Shown in pieces: positions 39,838 through 52,420 of a stretch of 64,000 nt of DNA. The notes under the pieces are model-generated. The model ran no database searches. It saw only the letters and a list, made by a program, of their open reading frames with translations, and was not told the DNA's origin. Source of the DNA: Cetorhinus maximus (taxonomy: Eukaryota). The stretch covers positions 74,834,001-74,898,000 of the forward strand of contig NC_135889.1 in the NCBI RefSeq assembly GCF_964194155.1. Reading direction: 5' to 3'. Both the position numbers and the translations under genes were made by a program. Each line of letters opens with the position of its first letter. Positions within the stretch are counted from its first letter, which is position 1.

Positions 39838-40923
39838 GGGGAGGCGATGGCGTAGTGGTATTGTCGCTGGACTAGTAATCCAGTGACCCAGGGTAATGCT
39901 CTGGGGACCCGGGTTTGAATCCCACCATAACAGATGGTGGAATTTGAATTCAATAAGAATCTGGAATTAAAAGTCTGATGATGACTCATGAAACCATTGT
40001 CGATTGTCATAAAAACCCATCTGGCTCACTAATGTCCTTCAGGGTCTGGCCTACATGTGACTCCAGACCCACAGCAATGTGGTTGACTCTTAAATCTCCC
40101 TCTGAACAAGTGTCATGAAGCGTTATTAATGTATATAATATTTTGGAAAAGGTTTTTCTTTTAAAATAGAGGTGTGTCATAGTTTAGATTAAAGCCAGCT
40201 AGTCTGGTTGCTGTGATGGGTACTAGTTTTGATATGGAAGAGAGATAGCATGCATTTGCATTTTTTGAATAGAGCATTCAAAAAGTGGGGTAAAAATTGA
40301 TGCCTTTCTAACAGCCACCAAGCAATAAGTTTATATTACTAATAGAATTGGTATTACGAATGAGGTTTCTTCGTTAAATGGTAAAGTTCAAAGAGACTGG
40401 TGAGACAATGAGAATTTGAATTCAATCGGTGGTGGTAGGTATAACTTCAGTAGTTTTCGGGTGTGTAGGCAGAGGCAATGTAAGATCAAAAGGCAGCTCT
40501 AAGCCTCCAACAGTGGAAAGAACCTCATTTTGAATTCATAAAGGTAAAAATGCTTTGCCTGATGTTTGGTTAAGTCTATGGGCTGCTGTTGCCTGAATGG
40601 AGATTAGTTTGGGAATTTGTTAAAAGTTATGACAGTAGTAATTTGTAGCCATGTGTACATATATTTTAACCTGTGTAAATTAATAAAATGTTTCATTTAG
40701 TTTAATGTAAAACATCGAGAATTGGTGGTCTGATTCCTGAGTTTAGAATCGCATCTTAACACTTAAAATTATTGGTTATGACAGTTGTTTAACGTTTCCC
40801 TCTGGGATTTTTAAAATAACTCCGCTTTACCAACTGCATGGTCATAACAAAAGGGCAATTGGGGATGGGCAATAAATGCTGCCTAGCCTGTGATGTCCAC
40901 CTCCCATGAATGAATAAAAAAAA
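39838..40923 (+). mobile_element. tRNA-derived SINE split by a solo LTR
   Basis: Pol III A box tggcgtagtgg and B box ggtttgaatcc; tail resumes at 40854 and ends in atgaatgaataaaaaaaa. Confidence 0.88.
40111..40849 (+). mobile_element. Solo LTR (739 bp)
   Basis: Inverted ends tgtcatga...tcataaca; TSD caag/aaag (one mismatch). Confidence 0.85.
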
Positions 40924-41047
40924 TGAAGTTCTAGCTAATTAATTTACCACCTCTATTTTAACCTTTCCACTGTAGTGTTTCCTATGGGTTACAATTTCCC
41001 CCCTTAAAGTATGAGACAGAAATATGCACATGGCAAAGTGCAACATC

Positions 41048-41541
41048 TGCTGTTTATATAGCACCTTTCACAACCACAGAACATCCCAAAGCACTTCACA
41101 GTTCACAGCCGATCAAGTACTTTTGAAGTGTAGTGACTGTTGTAAGAAACACGACTAAGCTTCCTATTCTAGCACAGCCATGACAGGCTGCATGGCCTCC
41201 TTCTGTGCTGTAACCATCATATGATTTTAGCTGATTTGAGCACAGCAAGCTCCCACAAGCAGCAATGTGATAATGACAGGATCATCTTTTTATATGTTAA
41301 TTAACAGATATTGGCCAGGACACTGGAGATAATTCCTCTGCTCTTCTTCAAAATAGTGCTGTGGGATCTTTTACGTCCACCTGAGGGGGCAGACATTCAT
41401 CTGAAAGATGGGATCTCAGACAGTGCAGCACTCACTTAATATTGCACTGGAGTGTCAAGCTAGATTTTTGTGCTCAAGTCTCCGAACCCACAACCTTCTG
41501 ACTCAAAGGCGAGAGTACCACCAAATGACCCATGGCTGACA
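41048..41541 (-). mobile_element. DeuSINE (SacSINE1/AmnSINE-like)
   Basis: On the minus strand: tRNA-like head, Deu core (aaagatccca..gcact...gtgtcctggccaa) and tail gctttgggat...gaaaggtgctatataaa. A tail-only copy lies at about 20200-20268. Confidence 0.75.
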
Positions 41542-42469
41542 CAATATGGATGCATAACAAAACATCTGCATTTATATGCAGTTGCTCAGGTGATCCACTG
41601 ACACTGTTTTAAGATCAAAGGCTTTCCTGCTCACACTCAACAATCATGAAAATAAAAATAGGCTCCACATTAATCTCATGCTCGTCTGCAGCATCTTGTT
41701 GTGCACACAGGCTATTGTGTTCACCTGGCTGCACGTCAAAGAAATTTAATCACATTTTGAATACTTCCTGGAGATGTGAAAATTCCCTGCTGGCATCTGG
41801 AGCTTCTTATATGACTGCAAGAGCCAAAACCAAAATAAATTAAAGAATGTTGATACAACTTAAAGGTATGCTCCTCCCTGTACCATCTCTTTCAGAGAAC
41901 CTATTGAGTTAAGGTGCCAGTGTAATGCTCAGTTTCTACTATCCCATCATGAGTGTTGATCTGCGATGAATTTGTTTTGTTTCTAATCAGAAGAATCCAT
42001 GAAAATCAACAGATATCAAAACCAAGACCTTACAAAGATCAAAGGCTGAGGATGAGCAAACTAGAATTAACCCACACAAAGTAGGTCTTAGTAGGCCAAT
42101 ATAAAACCACAGAAAATAAACCACGTCAGCTGAAAAGACCATACTAATAACTTTTTTGAAATGTAAAAGCCTTGCTAACTTCTAAAAAAAACCTTAAGGG
42201 GCTAAATTCACTGTTCATTGGCTGCATACACCATTGGGGGCCAAACTTGCTAACAATACTTAAAGCTAGCCTGTACTACTTAAAGTTACCTGCATCTCTT
42301 AAACGGAAGGTTCATTGTGGCTACTGGAAGTTTGCTTTTATTCATTCATGGGATGTGGGCATCGCTTGGCTAGGCCAGCATTTATTGCCCATCCTTAATT
42401 GCCCTTGAAAAGATGGCAGTGAGCTGACATGATTTGGAATAGTGCTGACCCACAAAGAATGATGACTAA

Positions 42470-43380
42470 TCGGAAGACGGCATGCATCAAAGTTTGTACT
42501 GGAGGACTTGGCGAAGGAGGTAGAAAGGAAGAAAGATGTCCTGTACCCACAGAGGCAGGAAGCTTTCCAAGTATGTGGTGAGAAGGCAGTGGAAGCAGAT
42601 AGCCGCGGAGGTCAACGCTAGAAGTTCTGCCCCAAGGACCTGGATGCAGTGTCACAAGTTCAATGGCCTCACACAAGTGGTCAAGGTCAGTGAACGCATC
42701 TTCAATTGTTATATCCTTCAAACTGCACAATTGCCTCAGCCACTGCTCAATTCATTACACCCCATTACTCACCACCAACAGTCTCTACCATTCGGAACTC
42801 AAACCTAATATTCATACCCTTCACCTCACTCCCGCACACTTAGCACTGTTGTAAGCCTCACAGCACTGTTGTAAGCCTCACACCCACAACTCACAGCTTG
42901 CACATAACACCAGCTATTCAGCCACATTATCTAAACATATTGCACTACATTCACTGACAGTTCGCTCTCTTGCGAGAAAAAATGGCACACAATTGGAGAC
43001 AGCAGAAACTAACAGTGGGAAGGCACGCCGGCATGTTCTAACCCTGATGGAGGAAACCATTTTAGCCATCATCAGAATGGCTATTGCTGAATGGCCAGTG
43101 GCCACATGAAGTCATCCTAATATCAAATCCTCCTTGGCACTGCAGAGAGCTTGGAGTGCATCCTTTCCAGCATGGAACTGGTAGTTAACTCCATCAGTAC
43201 ACTTGTGGACCCAACCAGAGTGTAGTTTCTGATGCCCAATGTCTCAGGTTCCGCTGCAGCAGCCACCCAAAGTGCGAGTTCCTAAAGGAACTCAGATTGT
43301 TCTTGTGTAAAGTCAACTTGCAGCACGCAAACTCAGATTGCCATCATCAAGGCTATGATACAAGAGTTCAAAGGGATTTG
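42470..43380 (+). mobile_element. PIF/Harbinger Myb/SANT-like gene relic
   Basis: LEDLAKEVERKKDVLYP / RRQWKQIAAEVNARSSAPRTWMQCHKFNGL, then donor aag|gtcagt and a second exon EKMAHNWRQQKLT. Frameshifted. Confidence 0.75.
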
Positions 43381-43947
43381 GCTGGAACGTGAAGCTCTAA
43401 AATGGCAGCGCTGAAGACAAATCAGTATTGAGTGTTGATTGACATTATGATCTGCTTGCTCTAGGTACTTCAGGCAGATGTTAAATGCTTATTTAAATGC
43501 TTCTATCAAGTTCTATCAAAAACAGAAGGCTTTTCAAATGAAATAGACAGAAAGAAAGCAAAAGTCAAAAGAAAGAGAGACAAACTGCCCATACCATGTC
43601 ATGTTGCCATATTTCTTGGCACCTGCCAAATAGGTGTACTGAGAATGATCTAGCCATTCTCTAATAATATTAAGACTGAGAAGGATCTATTAGTGCAAAA
43701 ACAGGCAAAAAAAAGCCACAAGTGCATGCCCTTTATAAAAGCAAAATTATCTTCATTTAAAAAGTATACCACTGAGTTATCCACTTTCTATCTGCAACAA
43801 GATTAGAGGTTTCTCTAATTTATCATCTTAGTTTGATTATAACCTGCTAATTTACAAGGATTTCAGATACCACAGCAATAAAATTATTTCTAGGAACCCT
43901 AGCCAGGTTTTAGACATGTAGTAAAAAAGAAGCTGGCGTCAATTTAC

Positions 43948-44092
43948 CTTCCGCACTTTCCATGCCTTCAACAAACACACCCCCACACTGAGGAAGTACC
44001 CAGTAGCGTCGTTTATAACGATCCTGGCCAAATGTCATGGCACGCAATGAATGAGAGGCTTCAAACAGCTTCTTACGGTACTGGCTTTGTTG
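43948..44092 (-). CDS. BAZ2B: BAZ2B coding exon (WHIM2/WSD)
   Basis: cag|CAA...G|gtaaa, 145 nt. QQSQYRKKLFEASHSLRAMTFGQDRYKRRYWVLPQCGGVFVEGMESAE, containing the GQDR..RRYW WHIM2 motif. Confidence 0.95.
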
Positions 44093-45741
44093 CTGTTCAA
44101 ATAAAGCATTTATAGTCAGACAAAAATATTTTTACAGTATTGAACACAGTTTACAAAAAGATACGCTTCACTGCTTAATTTCATTAAAGCATGTTTCACA
44201 GTAAACATAAGTGCTGTAACATGATAAGAATATTCTGACCAGTACGAAGAGTAAAAGTACAAAATGTTAGTGAAACAAAGCTTTAAGAGGTGCTGTCCTG
44301 ATCGGTTAGGTCTCTGTACTGCAATAGGTTTGCACCAACACTATTTGAATTTAGACAGTATCTCTAACACAAAATATCCAGGGAGGAGGAGATCAACAGG
44401 GGAGAAATGCATACTGATCCAAAGGGGGTGGTATTAGGAGGTGACAAAAATCCTGACCAATGAGACTGGTTTTAAGCAAGATCTTAAAATAGGAGGGGGA
44501 GGTGGAGATGCAGAGGAGCTTGAGAAAAAAAATACCAAGCCATAAGATTTGGACAACTGAAGTTACAGCTGACAACAATAGAACAAAGGGACGGAGGAGT
44601 ACTCAAGAAGCCAAACTCAGAACCACAGAGTTTGCAGATGGTTGGGGGTATTGGAGAAGTTGTAGGTCAAAAGGATTGCAGGGATATGGAAGTCTCAAGA
44701 GTAAAACTCCTATAGCGACCCCCATAGTCTATTTCACTTACAAGGCTGTAGTTCAGGAAACACTATGGGAAAATAAACATCCTGACCCAGTAAAAAAATC
44801 TAACCTATAAAACATTTGTGATACAGTCATTTGCTCTTGTCCATCCTGACATTACATTTGATCACGTGCTTCAACTTTCAAATACTGTTAAAACAGAAGG
44901 GTCAAACAACCAATACCTGAATTATTTAAATGCAATTCAAATTGGTATCATTCCTTTTTGGTAGAATTTACAACAAAGCCATGCTGAAATAGCAGTCAAG
45001 AAACTAAAAGTTAAGGTTTATTTGAGACTAATTCCATAGAAATACCAAACTGATAAATCACAGTCATACCAGATAGAGCTATATTCTTGTAGGCTTGTCA
45101 AATGATAATTTATCCAGTAACAGTCAAAGCCTACAATAACACACATTGATGCTGTGTCCTAAAAGTATTATAAATCACGTTCACTACTTGACTACTTGCA
45201 GTTATGCAGCTATTTGTCACTGCCCATTTGGTTTACAGGCCAATTGTTTAAGCAATAATAGAGTAGACTGTAAACCAAAAACTGTCCTGCTTTGCCTACA
45301 GAGACAATTAGATGTTGACTGAATAAGAAGTTACATTGGGAGCTTGCATAAACTATCCAGCAACTATTATGAGCAATACAACAACAGTCATTGAACAGAA
45401 CTACGTCCCTCTAGTTAAGTCTAGTTTCTATCCCCTTCCCAGATATATTAACAGGAGTGTCCCTAACAACTAATTGTTGTAACCTATCCTATTAAACTGG
45501 TTTCACTTTTTCTTGACTGTTATTCTTCCTTTATCCAATCTTTAGCCACCTACATTTATGACTCTTCTGCATCCCTTCCTTCCCACCATGAGTATACAGT
45601 CTGTCTACATCTCTGTCCTTTTGTAGGATGATCTCAGTCCCTCAGCTTCTTTCTTGAACAGCACCCATTAACTAGTCCACATCAATACATTCCTCCACCT
45701 TGCTGATCTTGAAGAATTTTTCTTTTAAATCAATTCAGTTT

Positions 45742-46715
45742 AGGGGAAGGGTAGCAAAGTAGTAATGTTACTGGACTAGTAGCCCAGGACTAATGGCCCA
45801 GGGGCCCAGACTAATGCTCTGGTGGAGACACAAGTTCAAATCCCACCATGACAGTCGGGGGAGTTTAAATTATAGAATAATTGAACAGTTACAGCACAGG
45901 TGGCCATTTGGCCCATTGGGTCTGTGCCAGCTCCATGCAAGAGCAATTCACCTAGTGCTACCCCCTTGCTTTATCCTCATAGACCTGCAAATGTTTCCTC
46001 TTCAGAAAATGATCCAATTCTCTTTTGAAGGCCATGATTGAATATAGCTCCGCCATACTCTCAGGCAGTGCAAAACAGATCCTAACCACTCATTGCATGA
46101 AAAAACTTTCCTCACGTAGCCATTGCTTCTTTTGCCAATCACCTTAAATTGATGTTCTCTGGTTCTTGATTTTTTTTCACCATTTTCTCCCTATCTATTC
46201 TGTCCAGACCTCTCATGATTTTGAATACCTCTATGAAATCTCCTCTCAACCTTTTCTTCTCCAAGGAGAGCAGCTCTAGCTTCTCCAATTTATCTATGTA
46301 ACTTAAATTCCTCATCCCTGGGACTATTCCTGTGAATCTTTTCCGCACTCTAATGCATCACATCCTTCCTAAAGTGCGGAGCCCAGAACTGGATGCAATT
46401 TCTCTAGTTGAGGCCGAACCAGTGATTTATACACAATTTAATCTCATTATTACTGATTATGACATGACTGGATTGTTGTAAAAACCTAACTGGTTCACTA
46501 ATGTCCTTTGGGCAGCAAAGTCTGCCATCCTTACCTGGTCTGGCCTACATGCAACTCCAGATCCACACCAATATGGTTGACTCTTAAATGCCCTCTGAAA
46601 TGGCTTAGTGAGCCACTCAGTTGCAGGTGGCTCACCACCACCTGCTCAAGTGCAATTAGGGATGCGCAATAAATGCTGGCCTTGCCAGCAACCCTCATAT
46701 CCCAAAAACAATTTT
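45742..46715 (+). mobile_element. tRNA-derived SINE split by an antisense CR1 3' end (about 45872-46432)
   Basis: Head with agttcaaatcccacca; core and tail resume at about 46465. The CR1 part encodes RFTGIVPGM...RGDFIEVFKIM. Confidence 0.78.
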
Positions 46716-46929
46716 TTTAAAATCCCTCTGAAGACAAGCGTCACTCTAAGAACTTACATGGGTCAGAGCCAAACATATCCTATACGCAGAACAATTTTAG
46801 CACTAATCCTACCCAGAAACAATCCTGACCTCTTTCTTTGTTACAAACAGGGTTTCTGCTTTTGCTCTGGTCAGAAGAATTTCTCAACTATCCTTCTGAT
46901 TTCATTCCATCTCTCATCTTTGCAGTCTC

Positions 46930-47108
46930 TCTCTATTCACTCTTTCTCTTCATGTTGCTATGAGGGTTGCTAATTATGGCTCAATGATGCCATAATATCA
47001 TGGGGCAAGTCGAAGGGCAAGCCCAAGAACTACCTCAGCTGATACAGGGATTGAACTTGCACTGGTATCGTAAAACCCCACACTCTAGCCAACCGAGCTA
47101 AGTGGCCT
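46930..47108 (-). mobile_element. Short degraded tRNA-derived SINE
   Basis: Minus strand has an A box-like tagctcggttgg and a B box-like gttcaatccc. Confidence 0.45.
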
Positions 47109-47299
47109 AACTCAATTTCCAGCCACAGACTTTCCAAAGACATTAGAATGCCAGTGATTTCCAAAATTACCTTATTTCTTCTTGCTCTGCTTCATGTAAC
47201 ACAATCCTATTTCTCAGTTTCTCTATCTCCATTAAGTTACTCCACTTTTGCACCAATACTTACAAAATATTCTCTTTTATTCTCAGCTGACACTTTCCT

Positions 47300-47755
47300 C
47301 AAAAAAATGTTAATAGGGTACTTGACCATGTCTGTCTCAATGTTCATAGCTCTCCCCTTACACCCTTCCTCTCACAAAAATAACAAAGTTATCATTGTCC
47401 TCAATTATCCTGCATCTTTCTATCAGCAATTATCATATGACATTTCTTTTTACATGATTCCACTTTACCTTCCCCTCCATATTTTCAGAAAGCCCATTCC
47501 CTCTAGATACCCTTCATCATTCCACCAACCCAACGTTCAGCTTCTTTCCCTTTCATCTGCAGCAGATAGAGGAAATACATATGAACACCTGTCCATTCAC
47601 AAATTCTCAAACCACTCTGCAGAGCCCTAGATACTCCTGTGAGATAGAAATTCATATGTACTTCCCCAATCTAATCCACTATATCCCCTACTTACCATGT
47701 AGTCTCCTCTACACTGGGGAGACAAAATGCAGATTAGTTGTTCACTTTGTCAAAC
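47300..47755 (+). mobile_element. Penelope-like fragment (GIY-YIG)
   Basis: NLIHYIPYLPCSLLYTGETKCRL resembles the GIY-YIG motif YIGETxRxL. Confidence 0.65.
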
Positions 47756-47969
47756 AGGATGGGTCAAACAGATCCTTCACATGACAAACTCAATAAGAAA
47801 CAGTAGAATCTTAGCTTATCTTTGCCAGAAGACATCTTACCACTCTGGCATGTATGGGAGTGCCCTGAAAAGTGGGGCATATTAAGAAACACTAACCATT
47901 CCCTAAATATACAATAACTTTATAAAGCACTAAACGAACCATATGCTTACATTTACAAAATGTCATAAT

Positions 47970-48558
47970 TTTTAAATTTATTCATGGGATGAGCGTTGCT
48001 GACAAGGCCAGCATTTATTGACCATTTCCCATTGGCCTTCAGAAGGTAGTGGTGAGCCGCCTTCTTGTACCTCTGCAATCCATGTGGTGTCGATATTCCC
48101 ACAGTGCTATTAGAAAGGGAGTTCCAGGAATCTGACCCAGCAACAGTGAAGGAGTGATGTAGTTCCAAGTCAGGATAGTTTGAGACTTAGAGGTGGTTTA
48201 CCAATGTGTCAGCTGTCCTTGTTTTTCTAGGTGGTAGAAGTCACAGGTTTGGAAGGTGCTTTTGCAGGAGGCTTGGCAATTTGCTGCAGCGCATCTTGTA
48301 GATGGTACACACTGCTACCACTGTGTATTGTTGGTGAAGAAAGTGAATTTTTAAGATGGTGGATGAGGTGCTGATCAAGCAGGCTGCTTTGTCCTGGATG
48401 TTGTTGATGATCTTGAGTGCTATTGGAGCTGCACTCGCCCAGGCAAGTGGGCAGCATTCCATCATACTCCTGGCTTGTGCCTTGTAGATGGTGGACAGAC
48501 TTTGGTGAGACAGATGAGTGACTTGCCACAGAGTTCCCAGCCTCTGATCTGCTCTCGT
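47970..48558 (-). mobile_element. CR1-group LINE family B, 3' end
   Basis: RADQRLGTL...IYKAQARSMMECCPLAW; shared family B tail. Confidence 0.85.
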
Positions 48559-48829
48559 AAGTTGTATAACAAATGTGCTTTTTTGAGAATTCAAAACAAA
48601 AAGCATTCAGTCAGATTGACAGTAAACTCAGAAATTACCAAGAATACGTAACTGGTTTATCAAAAATGTCGTTCGAACACTACATTGTCTATTTTCCTTG
48701 ATATTCAAAAAGTGAAGTGCTCATAAAATGAACACTAACATTTACAATTGTAAAAACAAAGGTTAAATTGCTGTTACCAAACTATTAAGAAATTAACTAC
48801 TGAAACATTTCACAAAGCAGAACAAAGTC

Positions 48830-50400
48830 CAGCTTAACAGAACCGCTTCAACAGAGTACTTACTTAACTTGGGGAATTTGGTTAGTGAAGGAATTTTAAG
48901 GGTTAATCTCTAACTAAAATCTGGTCAAGTTTTGCATTTAATTTAACTATAACCTTAACTTGGAAGTTTTTTTCAATCTTAGTCACTGGTAAACAAACTG
49001 TTAGTGGCAGCTGCAGAGTCAGTTAATTAAGTGGTGAGTTCGAACTGCTTACCTGAACAGCAAGGGCTGACTTAGGTCTTTGGAATTTGTGCTAATACAA
49101 ATACAAGCGGTTTCTGCTTATACAAAAAGTTAGTAGCACGAAGTCCAAGTCAACAGAGTACTGCTTCAAAAGCGTAATCACCTAACTCGTGGAATTTGGT
49201 GAGTGAGGGAATTCAGAGCAGTGAGGAAAGTGTTGTTCTGGTCTTTTACAAAATAAGGAGTGATCCGAAAAGAGAAGCGGGAGACCTGAGAACTGAAGTC
49301 CGAAGGCATTAATTAGGTAAGCAGGTAGGTGATAGGTTGATGAGTTTTAACGTTTCTTTTTTCTCTCTCTAAGCTAGGGTAATAGTTCAAACTAGGACAG
49401 GGAAAGTGTTAAGTACTGTATTAATTTTATAGTGTAACTAGTTAAACTATTTGATATAACTACAAATAATCGTTAAATAGCAGCTTTAATTGATTAAATA
49501 AATAAAACACGGTTAGATAAAGATAAGCTAGAGCAAGCTGTTGTCCGGACTGCAGGATGTGGGAGCTTGTGGACAGCCAGACTATCCCAAGCAAACATGG
49601 CTGCAGGAGATGTCTCCATTTCAAATCTCTGGCTCAGAGTCATTGAATTAGAGTGCGAGTTCCAGATGCTGCGACACATAAGGGAGGAGGAGGAGGAAAT
49701 TCTAGACTGTTTATTCAGAATACAGTAATACCCCAGAGGAAAGCACAGTCCAGGAAGGGGAGGATGTGACTGAAAGAGAGTTGGGTAGTGTGGATTTAGC
49801 AGAGGTTGCAAAGGAGGTCTTGCAGGCACATGTCCTGTCTAACAGGTACAACGTACTCACTACCTGTGAGGACAAGGAGAAAGGCTGCAGAGAGGACAGC
49901 TACAATGTAGACCATGGCACTATGGGAGGCTGTCCAGGGTTGGGTGGGGAGAGAGCAGAATTAAAATGTGGTCATAATAGGAGACTATAACTAGGGGGAA
50001 TCGATAGCATTCTCTACAGCCAAGAACAAGAATCCCAAAGGCTGTGTTGCATATCCAGAACCAGGGTAAGATATCTCACAGCAGTTGGAGGAACTTGGAA
50101 AGGGAGAACCAGTTGTAACTGTCCACACTGGAGCAATCGGCATAGGTGGGAACATGGAGATCATCCTGTCAAAAGTTAGGCTCTAGTTAAAAAGCAAGAC
50201 CTTGAGGGTAATAATCTCTGGATTATTGCCTGAGCCACATGCTAATTGGCAAAGGAACAGACAGATCAGGAGAATTAAGACGTAGCTGAACGGCTGGTGT
50301 GGGAAAGCAGAGTTCCTTTTCATATGATACTGGCATCAGTTCCGGCTCAGGAAGGAGCTGTACCGATGGGATTGACTCCACCTGAACTGGACATACAAGT
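48830..50400 (+). mobile_element. CR1 5' UTR and ORF1 (zinc finger, coiled coil, SGNH esterase)
   Basis: CPDCRMWE...CRRC, VIELECEFQMLRHIRE, VIIGDY (GDS-like), VIISGLLPEP, GWCGKAEFLF, LHLN. Several stops. Confidence 0.8.
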
Positions 50401-50415
50401 GTAGCCTGCTGCCAC

Positions 50416-52420
50416 GTGAGCTGCCTTTATAGACCAGTGCTCAGAGCAGTCTGCAATTTTTCCTCCTGTGGCTCGATGGAGCATGGACCTGCTGTCCTGT
50501 GTCAGGATGAGAGCATTCAACCATGCACCACTGCTGTTTCTATCCACCTATGTCCTTGCTGTTGCCTGACAACCAGCCAACCCAAACTGCTGCCATCCAT
50601 GGTGAGGTGGTGAAGGCCTTCAAGGGCTCGAGTTTCCTGCAAGTTCATTTGCAGTACTCCAATATTGAAAGTCAGCAGCCTTCTGCCAACCATGCTGCAG
50701 ACACGCGTTAGCATTGCATTGGAGCACTAGGACAGGCAAGGGGACATGGAAGACAGACTGTAAGGGAAAACACAAGGGTGATTAGCTGACTTTTTGTACA
50801 GAAGATTGGATGATTTGTTTGATCAAGTTGTTTGGAATCTTTGTTTTGTGGTGGTTTTTATTTTAGCATTGTGGTCAAGAGGAAGCAGTAACACAGGATG
50901 GTAAGGTGGGACTGTTGCCGAATAGGGAATTTAGTTGCTTTCTCTGGTACTGCAAGATGATGAGTCAATCACAGACAGCCAACTAGAAAGGGGACATGTT
51001 GGTTGCCTCTTCAGCTGCTTACTATGTACCTGTTGGCATGGGCTGGGCAGGATGCGACAGGTCATGGCAAATGATTCATGTTGGACAGCATTGCAGGGCT
51101 CTTCCAGCATGGTCCAAGACTGGTCCAGGTAGTGGTAGCTTTGCTTCAGCACTCCAGTGGTCTATTCAATGACATTTCATGTATGTGGCAGGATGGTTCT
51201 CATTACATTTGTGCCAGCCACATGAATGTGGGTTACGCATGAGAATCAAGGGTCAGGTGGTCAGCGAATGCCCTTGTTGCCCAGTAGCCACCCTCTGGCC
51301 TCTCATGGTGGCTGAAATACTGATGGTATAGTTCACTGACAGAAAGTAAAGGTATCATGACTATTGGCAGGATCCAGACATTCATGTGCATAATTTTTTT
51401 TATTTGTTCATGGGATGTGAGCAGTGCTGGCAAGGCCAGAATTTGTTGCCCAAAGCAATTATCTTTGGGAAGATGATGATGAGCTGCCTTCTTGAACTGC
51501 AGCAGTTCATGTGGTGCAGGTATACCAAAAGTGCTGTTAGGGAGGCAGTTCCAGGACTTGGATGCAGTGACAGTGAAAGAGCAGCGATACTGCTCGAAGT
51601 GAGGATGGTGTGTGGCTTGAAGGGAACATGCAGCTGGCGGTGGTGCCGTGCATCTGCTGCCCTCGTGACCTCTACCATCTAGAAGGACAAGTTTGGAAGA
51701 TGCTTTTGAAGAAGCCTTGATGAGTTGGTGCACTGCATCTCATAGATGCTGCACACTGCTGCGCCGGTGGTGGAGGGAATGAATGCTTAAGGTGGTGGAT
51801 GGGTGCTGACTAAGTGAGCTGTTTTGTCCTGGATCACGCTCTGAATATGGTCAGGCACCAGCAGCACATTGAGTGGAAGCCTTTGCAATTGCGCTGTCTC
51901 TCTGAATTTAGATACAGCACCTGCAAAGCAACGAGTGTACATTCAACATCACCCTGCACTATGGGGAAGCCCACACTCCACTCCAGCTTCTCTCTGGAAA
52001 GGGAAGGCAGCAATGTATTCCCCTCTCTTTGCTTATGGTGCATCAGTCACCACCTCCGTTGCAATGTGACCTACAAGATGTTGGACTTAACCCATGCTTC
52101 AGCCTAGAAGGAGCTCTTGCAAAGAAGTTGGTGAGCACAGACACCTTTATAGCCAATAGCAACGTCGTCCTTGCTCTTCTGAAGCTGCAGGTCTGCCTGC
52201 AAGAGGTGACGGATTTCAATGAGCACTGACTTAGTGAATCGGAAGCATCGGACAGACTGTTCCTGCCTTAGGTTGAGGTAGGAGAAATGCTCCTTGAACA
52301 CGGCCTCCTGCTAATAGCCCTTCTCTCCTCTTTGAGCAGCTTGTCCTCGGTATCACCTGTGCTAATTCTCCTCATTATGTTGCAGGGCAAGGGGGATAGA
52401 AACTACAACAGCCATGAGTG
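50416..52420 (-). mobile_element. PIF/Harbinger (HARBI1-like) transposase relic, split by a LINE
   Basis: FKEHFSYLNL...FRFTK, GFPIVQGDVECTLVAL...NCKGFHSM (cf. GFP.V.GAIDCTHI...NRKGFHS), LKQSYHYLD. 50416-50760 may be the convergent Myb-gene 3' end. Confidence 0.8.
51395..51835 (-). mobile_element. CR1-group LINE family B 3' end inside the transposase
   Basis: Family B tail and a T-run at 51395; splits the sequence GFHSM|MNV. Confidence 0.82.

Noticed and set aside
39838-39930. tRNA gene
   Set aside because: The A and B boxes run on into a multi-copy SINE body and tail; no proper cloverleaf.
50930-52420. Domesticated HARBI1 or NAIF1/MSANTD host gene
   Set aside because: Frameshifts, altered catalytic motif (DVECT instead of AIDCT) and a LINE insertion indicate a dead transposon.
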